Shown here in pieces: positions 34,230-46,748 of a stretch of DNA of 64,000 nucleotides (positions within the stretch are counted from its first letter, which is position 1; every line of letters starts with the position of its first letter). A program made the translations under genes and the position numbers. This DNA is from Takakia lepidozioides (Eukaryota > Plantae > Bryophyta). Where the stretch lies: contig CM060732.1 of assembly GCA_030704615.1 (NCBI GenBank), positions 9,858,001 to 9,922,000 on the forward strand, given 5' to 3'. Under the pieces are notes generated by a model. The model saw only the letters and a list, made by a program, of their open reading frames with translations. It made no database searches and was not told where the DNA came from.

Positions 34230-34612
34230 AGATGCAAATGAATGCTCAAGGAGAGATTGATGCATTCTGCGAAGGTAAGGACCATTTGGCAACATGATTT
34301 GCGTGGTTCGAGTATCCGGTACTTGGATCCAAGTATCCAAGATATGGAGGGACAAGATGCATCTGCCATCACGATCATTCTGGATGCCATGGACTCTTTG
34401 TATGAGTACAGTCCAATGCCTGTTAGCAAAGATTTTCTTTTGAAGGTATCTAACAAAATACTGATAACCGAGCGCGTACGTTTGAAAAACATTTGGAAGA
34501 ATAAAGGTAACAAGCCCTTCAATTGTGAAAAGGATCTGTGGGACCGACTTCTGCTTTACTGGAACTCCCCTGCACAAGTCACAAAGACTGAGACCATGAA
34601 ACAGACCCGTGC
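34230..34612 (+). mobile_element. Probable CACTA (En/Spm TnpA / Transposase_24-like) fragment
   Basis: ERVRLKNIWK..KPFNCEKDLWDRLLLYWNSP...TETMKQTR pattern, cut by a TIR at 34613. Confidence 0.45.
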
Positions 34613-34695
34613 CGGGGGCTGCTATTTCATGAGCCATGAGCCATGAGCAGTCGTAAGTGTCGAAAAAACCATGAGCAAGATTTTTTTTCGGAAAT
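34613..34695 (+). mobile_element. Orphan terminus of the CGGGGG-TGAGC TIR family
   Basis: CGGGGGCTGCTATTTCATGAGCCATGAGCCATGAGC. Confidence 0.7.
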
Positions 34696-34699
34696 GATT

Positions 34700-36702
34700 G
34701 TCCACGAGGTGTTGGTCCTCCTGTTGGTGTTGGTCCTTGAGGAGCTACTGTTGTAGTGGTGGAACTCCCACCAGGTGTTGGCCCCTGAGCACTCCCTGCT
34801 ACTGGCCCCTTTGTACTTGCAGTATTCCCAGCTCCCGTTGCACTACTTCCCACACTCCCTGTCCCCCCAGAGCCAGATCCAAGCTGCCTGCCTAATCCCC
34901 CTGAGCCGACACCTTCGTTGGCCCGTGATTCAAGTGCTCCACTTGATCCAGATCCAACAGGTTGGGATGCCTTGGTCGTAGTCTCAACCTCAACTGTTGG
35001 GTCTACTTCTTCATACTCTTCATCTTCCAAATTCTTCTCTCTGTTTTCATCTTCCAAGTTCTTCTCTTGGTTTCCCTCCTCCTCACTCATATAACTCAAC
35101 TGGAGTGGTGTTGGAGAGTCTGAACTCTCTGTTGGCTCTGCCACATCTTCCTCTCCTTCTTTATCTTACGATTCAGAAACTGGAGTTCCTGCTTTTGGTG
35201 TCCCATGCCAACTCTGATCAAAGATTTATGTCAAATCTTTAATCCAAGGATGTACCTCAGATCTCTCCCCTCGTGGCTGATCTTCTTCCTCTATCAAATC
35301 CCTTAATCTTTCTTGTAAAGAATAAGAAGGAGTGGCATCCAACTCCGATTCCTCTGGTATGGGTGATGTACTCTCTGGTCTTAATGGTGTGAGAGGTCCA
35401 GATGATTCCCCTATGTCTATTCCTCTCTCCCAAAGATATGGATAATTAGCTTTCAAATCAGGATCAACATCATGCACTCTCTTAAGAATGTTTTTTTTGC
35501 AACCGTCTGGCAATTCCTAGAACCACTGAAAGAATTGTTTGGACAATCTTTCTTTCTCAGTTCCACAAGGAATTTGATTCACATCAATTTTTTTGATTCT
35601 CCCACCAGATGCATGTCACATCTGGTTGTTTTTTACCCAGTTCCCCAGTATGGTCGCCAAATGTCGAGTGGCTTTTACTCACCCATCCCTTCGCTATCCG
35701 AGGTGGAAACTCCAAGATAGAAGAGTTGGATATCTCTAAGAACTCAGCCCGCTCAGAACAATCAGTCATGACCTACAACCAGTGTATCATGGAAGTGCTT
35801 CTTGTTTGTATCCTTCCTTGCCTTCATGTCAGTGAATTACCTTACTGTTTATATTTAAGCATCAGATTGCTTCAGCAATCTACCATGTTCCAATCACTCA
35901 TCCCTTCATTCCACAGCTTCACTCAAGTCTCTCTACACAGTGTGAGTATGGAATATGTATCTGATTATGATCTATCAAATAACAGGCCGAAGCCACGGTG
36001 TCCCTAGTCTGCTCTACAATATAACTCTACAGCTTGCATGAATCAAGCATCAACAGTTCATGACTCCTCCTTCACTGCGCTCTCCATTCCTCAGCTCCAG
36101 ATCGTCCTCCCCTTCCCGATGGCCAAGTCGTGATGCAAGAAGTCCCCTCCTTCACTGCTACCCTGCTTTTTCTACCTGCAAGCTATTCTAACTGCCTAAC
36201 TAACTAACTGTCATCCAGATAGAATACACTTCCCGCTGCCGATGTCGTTCCCACACAGTCATTCCCTGCCATGGTAACCGTTCCCTGCGAAAGCTCTGAC
36301 GGGCTATGCCCAACTGTGTCGGCTGTGACTGGCTGTGTTGGACTGTACCGGGCTGTGACTGGCTGTAATGAGCTGTGTCGAGCTGTGTCGGGCTGTGACT
36401 GGCTGTGTTGAGCTGTGTCAGGCTGTGTCAGGCTGTGATAGACTGTGATAGACTGTGATAGACTGTGATAGGCTGTGTAAGGTTGTGTCAAACTGTGACA
36501 AGCTGTATAAGGATGTGTCAGACTGTGACTAGCTCTGTCAAGTTGTGTCTAACTGTGTAAGTCTATGACTGACTGTGTAAGCCTGTCTACCACCCCTAAG
36601 GCCTGTGTTGGTCTAAGTCTACCATCCGTAAGTCTGTGCAAAAATTAAGGGTACCCCACAGAACCCGTAAAAACTATCTAAGTCCTAGACAGCCCTCTAA
36701 CA
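34700..36702 (-). mobile_element. Truncated relative of the 50600-62665 element: 5' LTR (35662-36702), PBS and start of the internal region
   Basis: TGTTAGAGG start on the minus strand, PBS TGGCGACCATACTGGGG, GGCTGT array. Colinear with 60200-62665 apart from an internal deletion. Confidence 0.85.
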
Positions 36703-37699
36703 GCAGTATGTATTAAGTGATGACGCATCACACATCAAATTTTCCACATGAAAGCGACCAAAGCGACCAAAGCGTGGCATTTTCTCAATAATGGAACATC
36801 TGAGTTAGATATCAATTTTCTCTTTCAGAATTGATAAGATAAGTTTGCGGGTAAGTGGTTGGAGACCGGTTACTTTCTTTCCGTTTCTCACACCTAAATT
36901 CTATTTGTTTCCTCCACTGTGACTACCAATGAGCCACATGTGTGTTGAATTGGGGGCAAGGAAGCTATTTTTTTTTTAATATGATGGCAGCACCAGCCTA
37001 TACATCATCCATGTGACCAAATTGTTGTCAACTGTACATGACTACTCTGGAAACTCAAAATTAGCCAGTTGAATTCCCAGTCGGAGCACCAACATAATTG
37101 CTATTGTCGTCGTCAATATAATTGTTGGGATAGTAGCAACTTTACAATGTATCACATGTCATGTTCTACTTTCAAACTTTTCCATTTCACATGTCTACCT
37201 GCATCTTTCTACCCCCAATAGAACTCTTGTCTAGCACCACCTCCACCAACAATGGTTGATTGAATCCAAGTTGTGTACCTCAGGTCAAATCCCTGCCAAC
37301 TTCCTGAGTAGATGTAGTATTCACTCCCAAATGTACTGTCTTTTGACCATGACCCCCCTCTCTAGCACAGTCACCAAGGAGATATGCATTTTACACGATT
37401 TGATGAGGAGTTCATGAGGTCAAAAGCCTGGAATTACAAAAATTCAGCAGCACAGGTAGATTACAAGTGTACAAACAAATGCTATACAAAATGCCTTGTG
37501 GGGATAATTGAGAGACAGAGGGAAGATGATGGCGATAAACCCATTGCAAAGACATCTGCCACGCAACTCAGGTATACCATCCTCAATTGGCGGCTTGCGA
37601 TGAAGCAGGAGATATTCATGTGACATTACCACAGGAATAACAACAATTCTGGACCAAAAAGAGATGGAGAGAGATAGAGAGAGGAGAAGCTAGGCTTAT

Positions 37700-37981
37700 T
37701 GGTGTTCAGATGGATTAGGTATAGCCTCGTATACAATGCTCGCCACCACATCCCTTTTCAGCTGTGGACCCCACAGCCCCAATGTGGTGGATGCTCCTTT
37801 GTCAGACCAATAGATACATATCTATCCTACACCAGAACAACTTACAAGAATATCTAAGTGAAAGTTTCTTACATTGGTGGCTTCTCCCCGCAATCCAACG
37901 TAGTGAATACGTGTTTTGGTAGCTCCAAAGTTATCTGGAAAATGTATGGTAAGGCTGGAAACACCCTGAAACCGAGGGTAT
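37700..37981 (-). pseudogene. PITH-domain protein 3' exons (37873-37981 and 37700-37761)
   Basis: YPRFQGVSSLTIHFPDNFGATKTRIHYVGLRGEATN / LKRDVVASIVYEAIPNPSEH, separated by a GT-AG intron. The 5' part is absent, replaced by TIR elements. Confidence 0.8.
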
Positions 37982-38539
37982 CTGGCAGTCAACCAGAGAG
38001 GGTCAATGCATGACAGGCAGCACAACCTGCTCCTTGATCTAGAGAGAAGCTACGGCGTGAGCCGCTCACTTGAGCAGGCTCACGCTTTGCACACAAAGCG
38101 TGAGCACAATGTAAATTGTGAGCTAAAATAAGAAGTGGAGCCTATAACCGTGGGAGGACTTGGACCCTATTACCGTGGAAGCAAAGTGAAATGAACTACT
38201 TGCAGAAAAGTGGAGAAATGCAGCACCCTGAGGGCAACCAAATTAAGCTTGCTTCAAAGCAAGCTTACTTCAGAGATGAGATATGGTGGTATTGCAAGTG
38301 CCCCAAACAGAGAAGTGCAAAAGTGGGAGGTGCCCGTTTTCTTTGAAGCAAGCATAATTCCGAGCAAACCAATGTGCAACTTGATAGTGGTCTAAATGAC
38401 GCTTGCTTGAAAGCGGGGGGTGCTATTCCGTGAGCCCGGAGGCGTGAGCCTGTGAGCCCAAGAGCCCGTGAGCCCAGCACAGGCTCACGCCACGTCAGCA
38501 TGCATACAGGGCCTATTTCCGTGGGTGTCACCTATTACC

Positions 38540-38935
38540 ATGGGTTGATCAGCCATTTCCAGGGAATGCAAACTGGATGTGTTACATCCATTGTATCCAT
38601 CATTTCTATCCATTGCATCCATTTAGACGTTATTAACATACCAAGGCCTTGCATTGGAATGTGGCTACGTCGTGAGCAGGTGCACACTCCCATCATCCAA
38701 AGCGGATCCCTGCGAAATGTTTTCTTACTCACCACCCTTGCAAACATGTATGGTATGTGCAGGAGCATCATGGATGCTCACCAGAAGAATGCCTGAACGA
38801 TCTTTGATCACATGGACTTTAACATGATGGATTTATCAAGCATTCTTCTGGCAGGAATGGTTTGGAGACCAACGAGCAAATGATGCGAGAATGCACTGCC
38901 CAAACCAAAGACGTTTGTTTGTTTATGCAATGCAC
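38540..38935 (+). pseudogene. Degenerate PLS-type PPR fragment captured inside the TIR element
   Basis: EQVHTPIIQSG..NVFLLTTLANMYGMCRSIMDA, then across frameshifts RMPERSLITWT and QMMREC..TFVCLCNA. Confidence 0.55.
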
Positions 38936-39759
38936 ACAACCTTGTGAGCTCCAGAAAACACCAAAGAGATTGAAGGAACAATCCGGGCAGTCCATGCAAC
39001 CCCCATCTCCAACGATAGTTTGTTCCCAGGAATTTGCATCCCACGCACACATTGCAAACATGACAACAAGGACACACAACCATCCCATTTCAAAATTGGC
39101 CCCGAATAAAAGTAAAAGAAAACTTGATATCAAGTGTCACAGTCATCATAATCAGAATCGACCTCCTGTGCTATGTCATCCACAAAGATTCCGGCCCCAA
39201 CACCACATCTTCTACCACGGCCGTCGATGGTTGGACTGCGAGTGCCATGAACGGACATGCTTGCTGCGAGTGCCTCCGCATAGACGGGTAGCATGTAAGA
39301 CTGAGGAGGACTTGAAAGAAGTCCAAAAAGGTATGATAGCCTTGGAGGGTCAGTGGAAGCACACAGACTCTTGCACAAGTCGACAAAAGAGCGCCGTAAA
39401 AATCGAACGCGAGTCGAATTTTTAACAGTACTTGCACATTGGCAATAATTGTGATGCTTCACATATGCATCCACGTATGTTGTACTGCCTATCCTGTGAT
39501 TTACATTTCGCCGTCGCCGGCGCAATGTAGTCATTTCGGCAAAAAGCTTGATGTCGGCAATCGTAATGTGCGGAGTGTCCCCCTAAGTGTCAGTGTTTGT
39601 GCTGTGCTCTGGCACAGCACAGACAAATTAAACTTGGGGTATCCTGTTTATTGGACTCGTGGGGCCGTTGCCATCTTTCCATAATGGATGGCTTCATATC
39701 CTTTGCAAGGTTTGCTTTCCACATGATAAGCTGGAAACCAGCAAGGGAAGTGGGCATCT

Positions 39760-40900
39760 GCAGAAGAGTGATGACTTCTCCATAGCCTAGTGTGGCTTGG
39801 TGAATGAATTGGTCTCTCTTACCGTCGCAGCACCTAATAAGGTATATGTAATATTGATGCTTGCAGGGGACCCACTTCCCTCTCATGCCGAGAGCGCCCT
39901 CACGCATCGTTACAAAATCTGGACAAGTGCACGCAGGGAAATTCCCCACGGTAACCTGATATTCTTTGCCATGAAGAACTGAGCCAGTAGACAACACTGT
40001 GTAAATCCGTCCATATCCCGGGGCCGGGACTTCGGTGATACGAGTCACCCGAGCCTGCAAAATTCTAGCCGATTCCATCTTGCAGTCGTGATCTGTACCC
40101 GAAGCGACACGGCGCACTGTTTTTCCATCTCTTTTTGTTGGGTGGGAGTCGGCACCGGGTGGAGGCATTGCCGGAGCATGTGGCACATCTGTGCCTAGAG
40201 TGCATGAGGGCACCACCCGGGACCGTGCAAGACGGAACCCTCCCTCCTCCAGCATGCTTATCTTGGTTGATGACAGCGACGTCCCAAGTTTCACAGGCCA
40301 AATTGCGGGCGGAGGGGGCTTCATTATCACCGAAGGACGAACTGTTCCCTTGACACATCGTGCCATATCATCTGGGTGTTACCAGAATTTGTGGTCCTTT
40401 GACTCCCCACTATGATAAGGTCGGAACAACCCTGTGAATGTTGGAGCTGGAGTCCCCCTGGAGCCTTTGCATATTTTTTATTTGCATTTCTTGAAAGAGG
40501 GGGTCCGAATTGCCATGCGAGTCACTCTAGATCCTGGTGGGGTGCGTTCTATATGCCACTCACTGTCAATGCAATCAGATTCATGCACCAAGGACACCAC
40601 CTCTTCCAATGGGATTCCTGCTGCTGTGCTTGCATGATTTGCACTTGCTCCACAAGAGGACCCACCTCGGAAGGGGCGGGCACATGACTTAGTTTGCACC
40701 GGAGACACCTTTGGTACAAAGAAATTGACCCTGTCCGGCCGATGGGAATCTCCATCCGACCTTGGAGGAGTGTTCAATTTCATTTTGCATGATCCAAATG
40801 TTTCCTCGCCTTCCAAATGGGGGACCCTGGATTGCAAAGGGGAGCCTTCAGTGCACCCGTTCACAGCTCTCGCCATCTTGAATGCTTTTCACGGACTTCT
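39760..40900 (-). pseudogene. SWIM-finger MULE transposase C-terminal half, with stops
   Basis: HLEG, SHRPDRVNF, PAPTFTG, IWPVKLGT, PGYGRIY and PACTCPDF...VPCKHQYYIY, parallel to 5937-7358. Confidence 0.75.
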
Positions 40901-40954
40901 TTGCATCACATGTCAGTCACAATTGTTCTTGAGTATCTGGGGATCAACCGTCCC

Positions 40955-42325
40955 GACCCCCTGCCCTCAAGGCAAAGGGCCGCGACACACACCCCTACCA
41001 ACAGGGAGTCGATGTCCTCATCGACTTGTCCATTTTGTAGAAACAAACATCCAGGTTGTGGCGTCCCACATCAAGGAGTTTGTTTCCGTACCATGGCGTC
41101 CCATGGCAAAGAACCAAACCCCACACTTGACTCTACTCTCCACTAGCTAGTTCGGCCGACTTCCTCCAAGTCCCGGCCAGGGGTGGAGCCTCTCAAGCTC
41201 CTCCCAGTGCACTCTTCTTGGCCTTCTTCAAGGTCAAGGAACGATCCTCCCCGAGGATCGAATCGCCTTACTGCAACAACATTGCTTGCGATCGCTGCTG
41301 ATGCTGCACCCCAATCACTACAATTGGGTCCGTCTTGGAATGCTGGCCTGAGGTACGAGAACACGTCGAAGCCGCATTACGACTTCGTCCCGAGGCTACA
41401 CGATTATAGTACGTGAACGGAAGCACATAGCTTCCGCGTTAGCCCGCACTACAAGGCAACCACCTCGGTAGCGCAGTTATAGTACGCCCACGCGCCAGGT
41501 GCGCACTAGCACGTGAACTCCCAAAGAAGGCGCATGTTTCCTTGCCCCTTGGATGGGAGTCACCCGATTTCGGCACTGCGCAAACACACGATTAACCCAA
41601 TTTACCTCTCCCACTTTTGTAAGCTAGCATGCATTCTACACACTAGCCAACCACACCGTGCATCACCATTCCAAACAAAATAGGACACACAACATTTGGA
41701 ACCCATTTCCTTTATAACAAATTTTTGTACAATACAAGTTTTTGCAATCGGATTCCTGAGCTAGCTAAGCCGGGCTAAGCATGCATTTCCTCCCCCACGC
41801 TCCAAGGTTGATGTCCCCATCAACGCTTCTTCCGCTTTTGAGGTCGCCCTTCGAAAACTGCAACCGCCTCGGATGCGTTTCCCATTTTTGAGGCACGCAC
41901 CCAAGATGCCTCCACATGATGATAGCCCTTCCATTTGACGAGATACTCCGTTTCTTGGTTCTTGAACCTCCTCGACTTAAGTACTGCCTCCACCTCGTAC
42001 TCAGGTTCATTTTCATGATCCAACAGCACAGGTGGCGGACGCAACACTTGATGCCGATTCGGACGCGCTTCATCTTTGAAGTAAGGTTTCAAAAGGGAGA
42101 CGTGAAATACTGGATGCACCTTGCTGTTTGCCGGCAGCTCCAATTCATACACATCCTCATTCATAACCTTCCGGATGCGAAAGGGTCCCGCATACGGAGG
42201 TACGAACTTTGGACTCACTTCCGGAGGTAGTCGGAAATTCTTGATGTTCAACCAGACCTCCGTGCCTGCCTCAAACTTCACTTCCCTCCGCTTCCGATTC
42301 GCCTGCCTTTCATACCGTTTCCTAG
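40955..42325 (-). mobile_element. Chromovirus 3' end (GPF motif, chromodomain, PPT, LTR); inverted duplicate of 49010-50425
   Basis: PPYAGPF, VHPVFHVSLLKPY and EYEVEAVLKSR...EYLVKWKGY...ASW. Reverse-complement match to 49010-50425. Confidence 0.88.
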
Positions 42326-42329
42326 CTTT

Positions 42330-42792
42330 GGCAATGTTTTTTTTTTTTTTTCGGCGCCTTTTTTCCAGTTCGGGGCCGAAAATGGCTAAGTCCCAGATCT
42401 GACTGGGCCCAGAACTGGAAAAACGGCGCCGAATTTCCGATTTTGGGTGCTAGTCAGATCTGGGACTTAGCCGTTTTCGGCCCTGAACTGGAAAAATGAC
42501 GTTTTTTTTTTTTTTTTTTTTTTTTTTTTTCCGGCGACATTTTTCCAGTTCGGGGCCGAAAATGGCTAAGTCCCAGATCTGACTGGGCCCAGAACTGGAA
42601 AAACGGCGCCGAATTTTCGATTTTGGGTGCCAGTCAGATCTGGGACTTAGCCGTTTTCCAAACTGGAAAAATGGCGTTTTTTTTTGTTTTTTTTTTTTTT
42701 TCGTCGACATTTTTCCAGTTCGGGGCCGAAAATGGCTAAGTCCCTGATCTGACTGGCACCAAAATCGGAAATTCGGCGCCATTTTTCCAGTC
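42330..42792. repeat. Tandem ~180-bp foldback (palindromic) units separated by poly-T
   Basis: TTTTCCAGTTCGGGGCCGAAAATGGCTAAGTCCCAGATCTGACT...AGTCAGATCTGGGACTTAGCCGTTTTCGGCCCTGAACTGGAAAA, about 2.5 copies. Confidence 0.85.
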
Positions 42793-42827
42793 ATGCAGGT
42801 AATTCGAAGAACGGATGCACCGGATTT

Positions 42828-43301
42828 CAAGTCCGGTCGTGGCTTGGGTCAGCAGTGTTGCTAGATGCAGCTACAGTGGGGTCACGGGCTCATCGTCCAC
42901 AGCTATGGTGGACTAACATGATGCCACCCGCACTGCTCAAGCGTGCATTTGATGGGGTGCAGCGGCCAGCACATCTCACATTGGATAATATTCTGGACAC
43001 AGGGAGGCAGTCTCAACGTGTGAGACACGATGACCGTTCGCCTTTGGCAGTGGTCAACAAGGTGGGTCAACCACGAGCAGCATTACCTACACTGCTCAGC
43101 TTCCCAGGATCGCATGCTTTCCGGGATAGTGGACCTGGCCTCCTGTGGGATGCTCAGTTGCAGCAGTTAGTGGAGCCTAATGCTGACGAGCGTGAGCGGG
43201 CAATGGGTTTTACCACTGGTACCACGGCGGTGTCGTCTCTTTCTGAGGCATCACGTCGTCAAGTGTTGGGGCAAGCAATGGATCTCAATTGCTTGACCTA
43301 G
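42828..43301 (+). pseudogene. DNMT3-like C5 cytosine methyltransferase C-terminal half (motifs VIII-X) within pol
   Basis: VLLDAATVGSRAHRPQLWWTN resembles DNMT3 IDAxxVSAAHRARYFWGN. ERERAMGFTTGTT..SLSEASRRQVLGQAMD resembles DNMT3 ELERIFGFP..YT..RQKLLGRSW. Confidence 0.75.
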
Positions 43302-43772
43302 ATTATCAGCTTGGCTCTAGCTGAGCAATGCAGAGTGCGGAATACACTTCCCTCAATGGTCTCTCTGCCTACCGAGACGGTACAGGCAGTGAGTGGGGGC
43401 GAGCATATGAGGACCACGGGGTGCATGCATCCATGGCACACGTGGGAGGTGCTCGAGGTTCAGAGGGAGTTGGCAGCCAAGGCGGCTGTGATGGATGAGG
43501 TTGGGGATTCTTCTCGAGTTGAGGAGGTCCTCAAGGATGAGATGATGGGGCAGGATGATGCCTTGTCATTGACTGAGCAGGTAGGGAGTACTGCTCAAGA
43601 GGTTGCAACATAGCAACCACGGGACGCGTCCTCTACCTCTAAGCCCACTGGACTTAAGGTTGTAGTTACGGAGGACAATTGGGAGACGGACATTGGACCC
43701 ATTGTCACCGGAGGAGAGAGACGACGTATACGGCGGTTCCTGAGGGCTTACAAGAATTGCTTTGCCTTCAGT

Positions 43773-46748
43773 TTGAAGGACTTGGGAGCACTGAAGGGTC
43801 AAGAGATCCGTATTGAGTTGGCCACTGACACGCCAATCTTTCGGAGACCCTATAGATACAGTGACATGGAGAGGTCTTTGATTCAGATGAGGACTCAAGA
43901 TCTCTGGGAGGCAGGTTTGGTGGAGCTCTCTGGTGGAGAGTATGCTTCAGCCACAGTGATGCCAGCCAAGAAGGATGTCTATGGCAATTGGACGGAGAGA
44001 CGTATGTGCGGTGATTACCGGCCTGTAAATCGTCAGACCAAGTCCGATAAGTATGCCATGCCAACACCAGAGGAGATCTTTGATGCCATCGGGCATGCTA
44101 AGGCCTTTAGCACTTTGGATTTACGATCCGGATATCATCAGTTGCCAATCAAGGAGGCGGACAAGCAGAAGACGGCATTCTGGGGGATCAATGAGCACGG
44201 CAAGGATTGCCTATATCAGTGGCGGTTCTTACCATTTGGGCTTAAGAATGCTCCTGCAGAGTTTCAGAGAGTCATGGATAGGATTCTAGCAGGGGTGGAC
44301 TTTGCTCGGTGCTACATAGATGACATCATCATCTTTAGTGTTACGATGGAGGAGCATGAGAGACACCTTCAGGTGGTATTGGAGCGCTTGAGAGCGCACG
44401 GATTGAAGTTGCATCCGGGGAAGTGCAAGTTTTTCCACAACCAGATTGAGTATCTGGGTCACATGATATATCCTGGAGGATTGGGGGTACAGCAGACTAA
44501 GGTAGAGGCCATTGCACAAATTCCACGCCCCACGGATGTGAGCCGAGTTCGAGCTTTCATGGGGTTGGCAAACTATTATAGACGGTTTGTCAAGGGATTT
44601 AGTACCATTGCAAAGGCTCTAACCAAGCTGACCAAGGTGGACCAGGAGTGGCAGTGGGAAGATGAGCAGGAACGAGCTTTTCAAGAGCTCAAGGCGAGGT
44701 TGACCTCGGCGCCTATCTTGAGACGACCTATCAGGGGACGTCCCTTTCAGCTGCATACGGATTGGAGCATGCTGGGGCTTGGAGCGGTGCTCACACAGGT
44801 GGATGATGAGGGAAGAGAGTTCGTAGTGGCTTGCGCTAGCCGCTCGAACAACGCTGCAGAGGCTAAGTACAGCTCATATGAGGGAGAGTGCTTAGCTGCA
44901 GTGTGGGCCGTGGCACACTTCAGGTGCTATCTATACGGCAATCTTTTCACCCTTGTCACGGATCACCAGCCACTCAAGTGGTTGATGGAGTCAGACAAGC
45001 TTACGGGGAAGCTTGCACGGTGGGCACTTATACTCCAGGAGTATGACTTTCAGGTTGTGCATCGACCGGGTTTGGTCAATCGGGATGCGGATGGATTGAG
45101 TCGCAATCCATGCATGAGCCAGCAGGATGACACTGGAGCTCGGTGGCATTGTGAGACGGACGAGGAGATGGTGCCGGGATGGCACGCATCTCCATTTTTG
45201 TGTATCTTGGCATCGGGAGGTCAGATTGGACCTACAACAGGGATGACTGTAGACGGAGTGTCTGAGGACCCTGAGGCTAGTGATGAGCTAGGTGGTGCCA
45301 GAGATATACATGAGGATTTGGCTGTGTTGGACTACCTCCGCACGGGAGACACGGCAGCCATTGTGACTGCCAGGGAGAGGGATCGGATCCTGCAACGAGC
45401 CAAGAGGTTCAAGTGGGAGGGGATACACCTACTTCGAGTGTGGGAGGATGGTCGGGTGAGGATTGTGCCTCACCCCACACAGCGTGCACGGTTAGTGCGG
45501 CATGCCCATGAGGAGTTGGGGCATTTTGGAGTGCGACGCACTCATAGTTTACTGCAGGGGCAGTATTGGTGGCGTGGTATGCATACAGAGGTGCAACAGT
45601 TTGTGGCTAGGTGCATGGTGTGTGACAAGGTGCGTGCTTCATTCAACGCCCCTACACCATAGTTGCATCCTTTACCTATCATGGGATTGGGCTACAGGTG
45701 GAGTCTTGACTTCGCAGGACCGTTGCCACTGACTATGCGCCACCACAGATATGTGTTGGTGATGGTGGAGCACTTCTCCAAGTGGATTGAGTTGGTTCCA
45801 TTGCCTGACAAGGCTTGTGAGGGGGCTGCGTATGCATTCTTGGATCGTGTGCTTAGCCAATTTGGTGCTCCAGCTGAGGTACTCACGGACCAAGGGAGAC
45901 AGTTCTTGGGGGAGTTTCAGGCTTTGTGTGATAAAGCCTTAATAGACCACCGCACCACTTCTCGGGATCATCCTGAGGCCGATGGCTTAGCAGAGAGAGT
46001 TGTTTAGACGGTGAAGAGGGGTTTGCACAAGTATGGCTTGCAGAAGGGACACCTAGGAGATTGGGATCTTCAGGTTCCTTGGTTAGCCATGGGCTACAGG
46101 TTCAGCAAACAAGCATCACTTGCCTCCTTCTCACCATATTTCCTTCTCTTTGGCCGAGAGCCGGATTTGCCTGCAGCCATTCGTAGGGACACTACTCAAG
46201 TCCTTAATCTTGACGATCCGGACGTGTGGGTACGTGCATGTGATCAGCGTGCAGAGTTGTTCAAGAAAGTCATGCCCATGGCTTTTGAGAACCTTGCCAT
46301 TGCACAGCACCGTGATACATTGAGGTATGCCACTATACGTGGTGGAGGATATCATCCTGGGGTTCGGAGGTTTAGCCCTGGTGACTATGTTTATTTGCAG
46401 CAGACTGCTCCTACGACTCTGGATGTTACTGCAGGGCGTGTTATTCTGAGGGTTCGAGAGGTGTTGCCCTCAGGGGTCCTGATCTTAGAGGGTCGGGATG
46501 GCATGACTTGGAAAGACCATGTGCGTAATTGTGCGCCATGTCACCTTCCCAATGTCGATGGCAGAGTTGACCCAAACTTGGCAGTGGTACCTGCAGGTTT
46601 GAGGTGCATGCTCTGTGGGTCTGCCAAAGGGGCAGCCACCATGCTGGTGTGTGATCGGTGCTCAAGGGGTTGGCATATGGGATGCTTGACACCACCTCTT
46701 GAGAAGGTTCCTGACGGAGATTGGTTGTGTCCACACTGCTTGGGATAG
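43773..46748 (+). pseudogene. Gypsy RT, RNase H, integrase and C-terminal PHD finger
   Basis: [61 protein letters not shown]...CDRC...HMGC...WLCPHC at ~46605-46740. Confidence 0.92.

Larger units (their letters stand above)
38414..40950 (-). mobile_element. MULE-like element copy 3, 3' half; a further orphan terminus lies at 38041-38413
   Basis: Terminus CGGGGGGTGCTATTCCGTGAGC followed by GTGAGC repeats. Contains a homolog of the 5928-7358 exon. Confidence 0.7.

Noticed and set aside
33663-35144. 493-aa minus-strand ORF
   Set aside because: Chance read-through across three unrelated pieces (LTR-element leader, orphan TIR, antisense CACTA-like fragment); no coherent domain.
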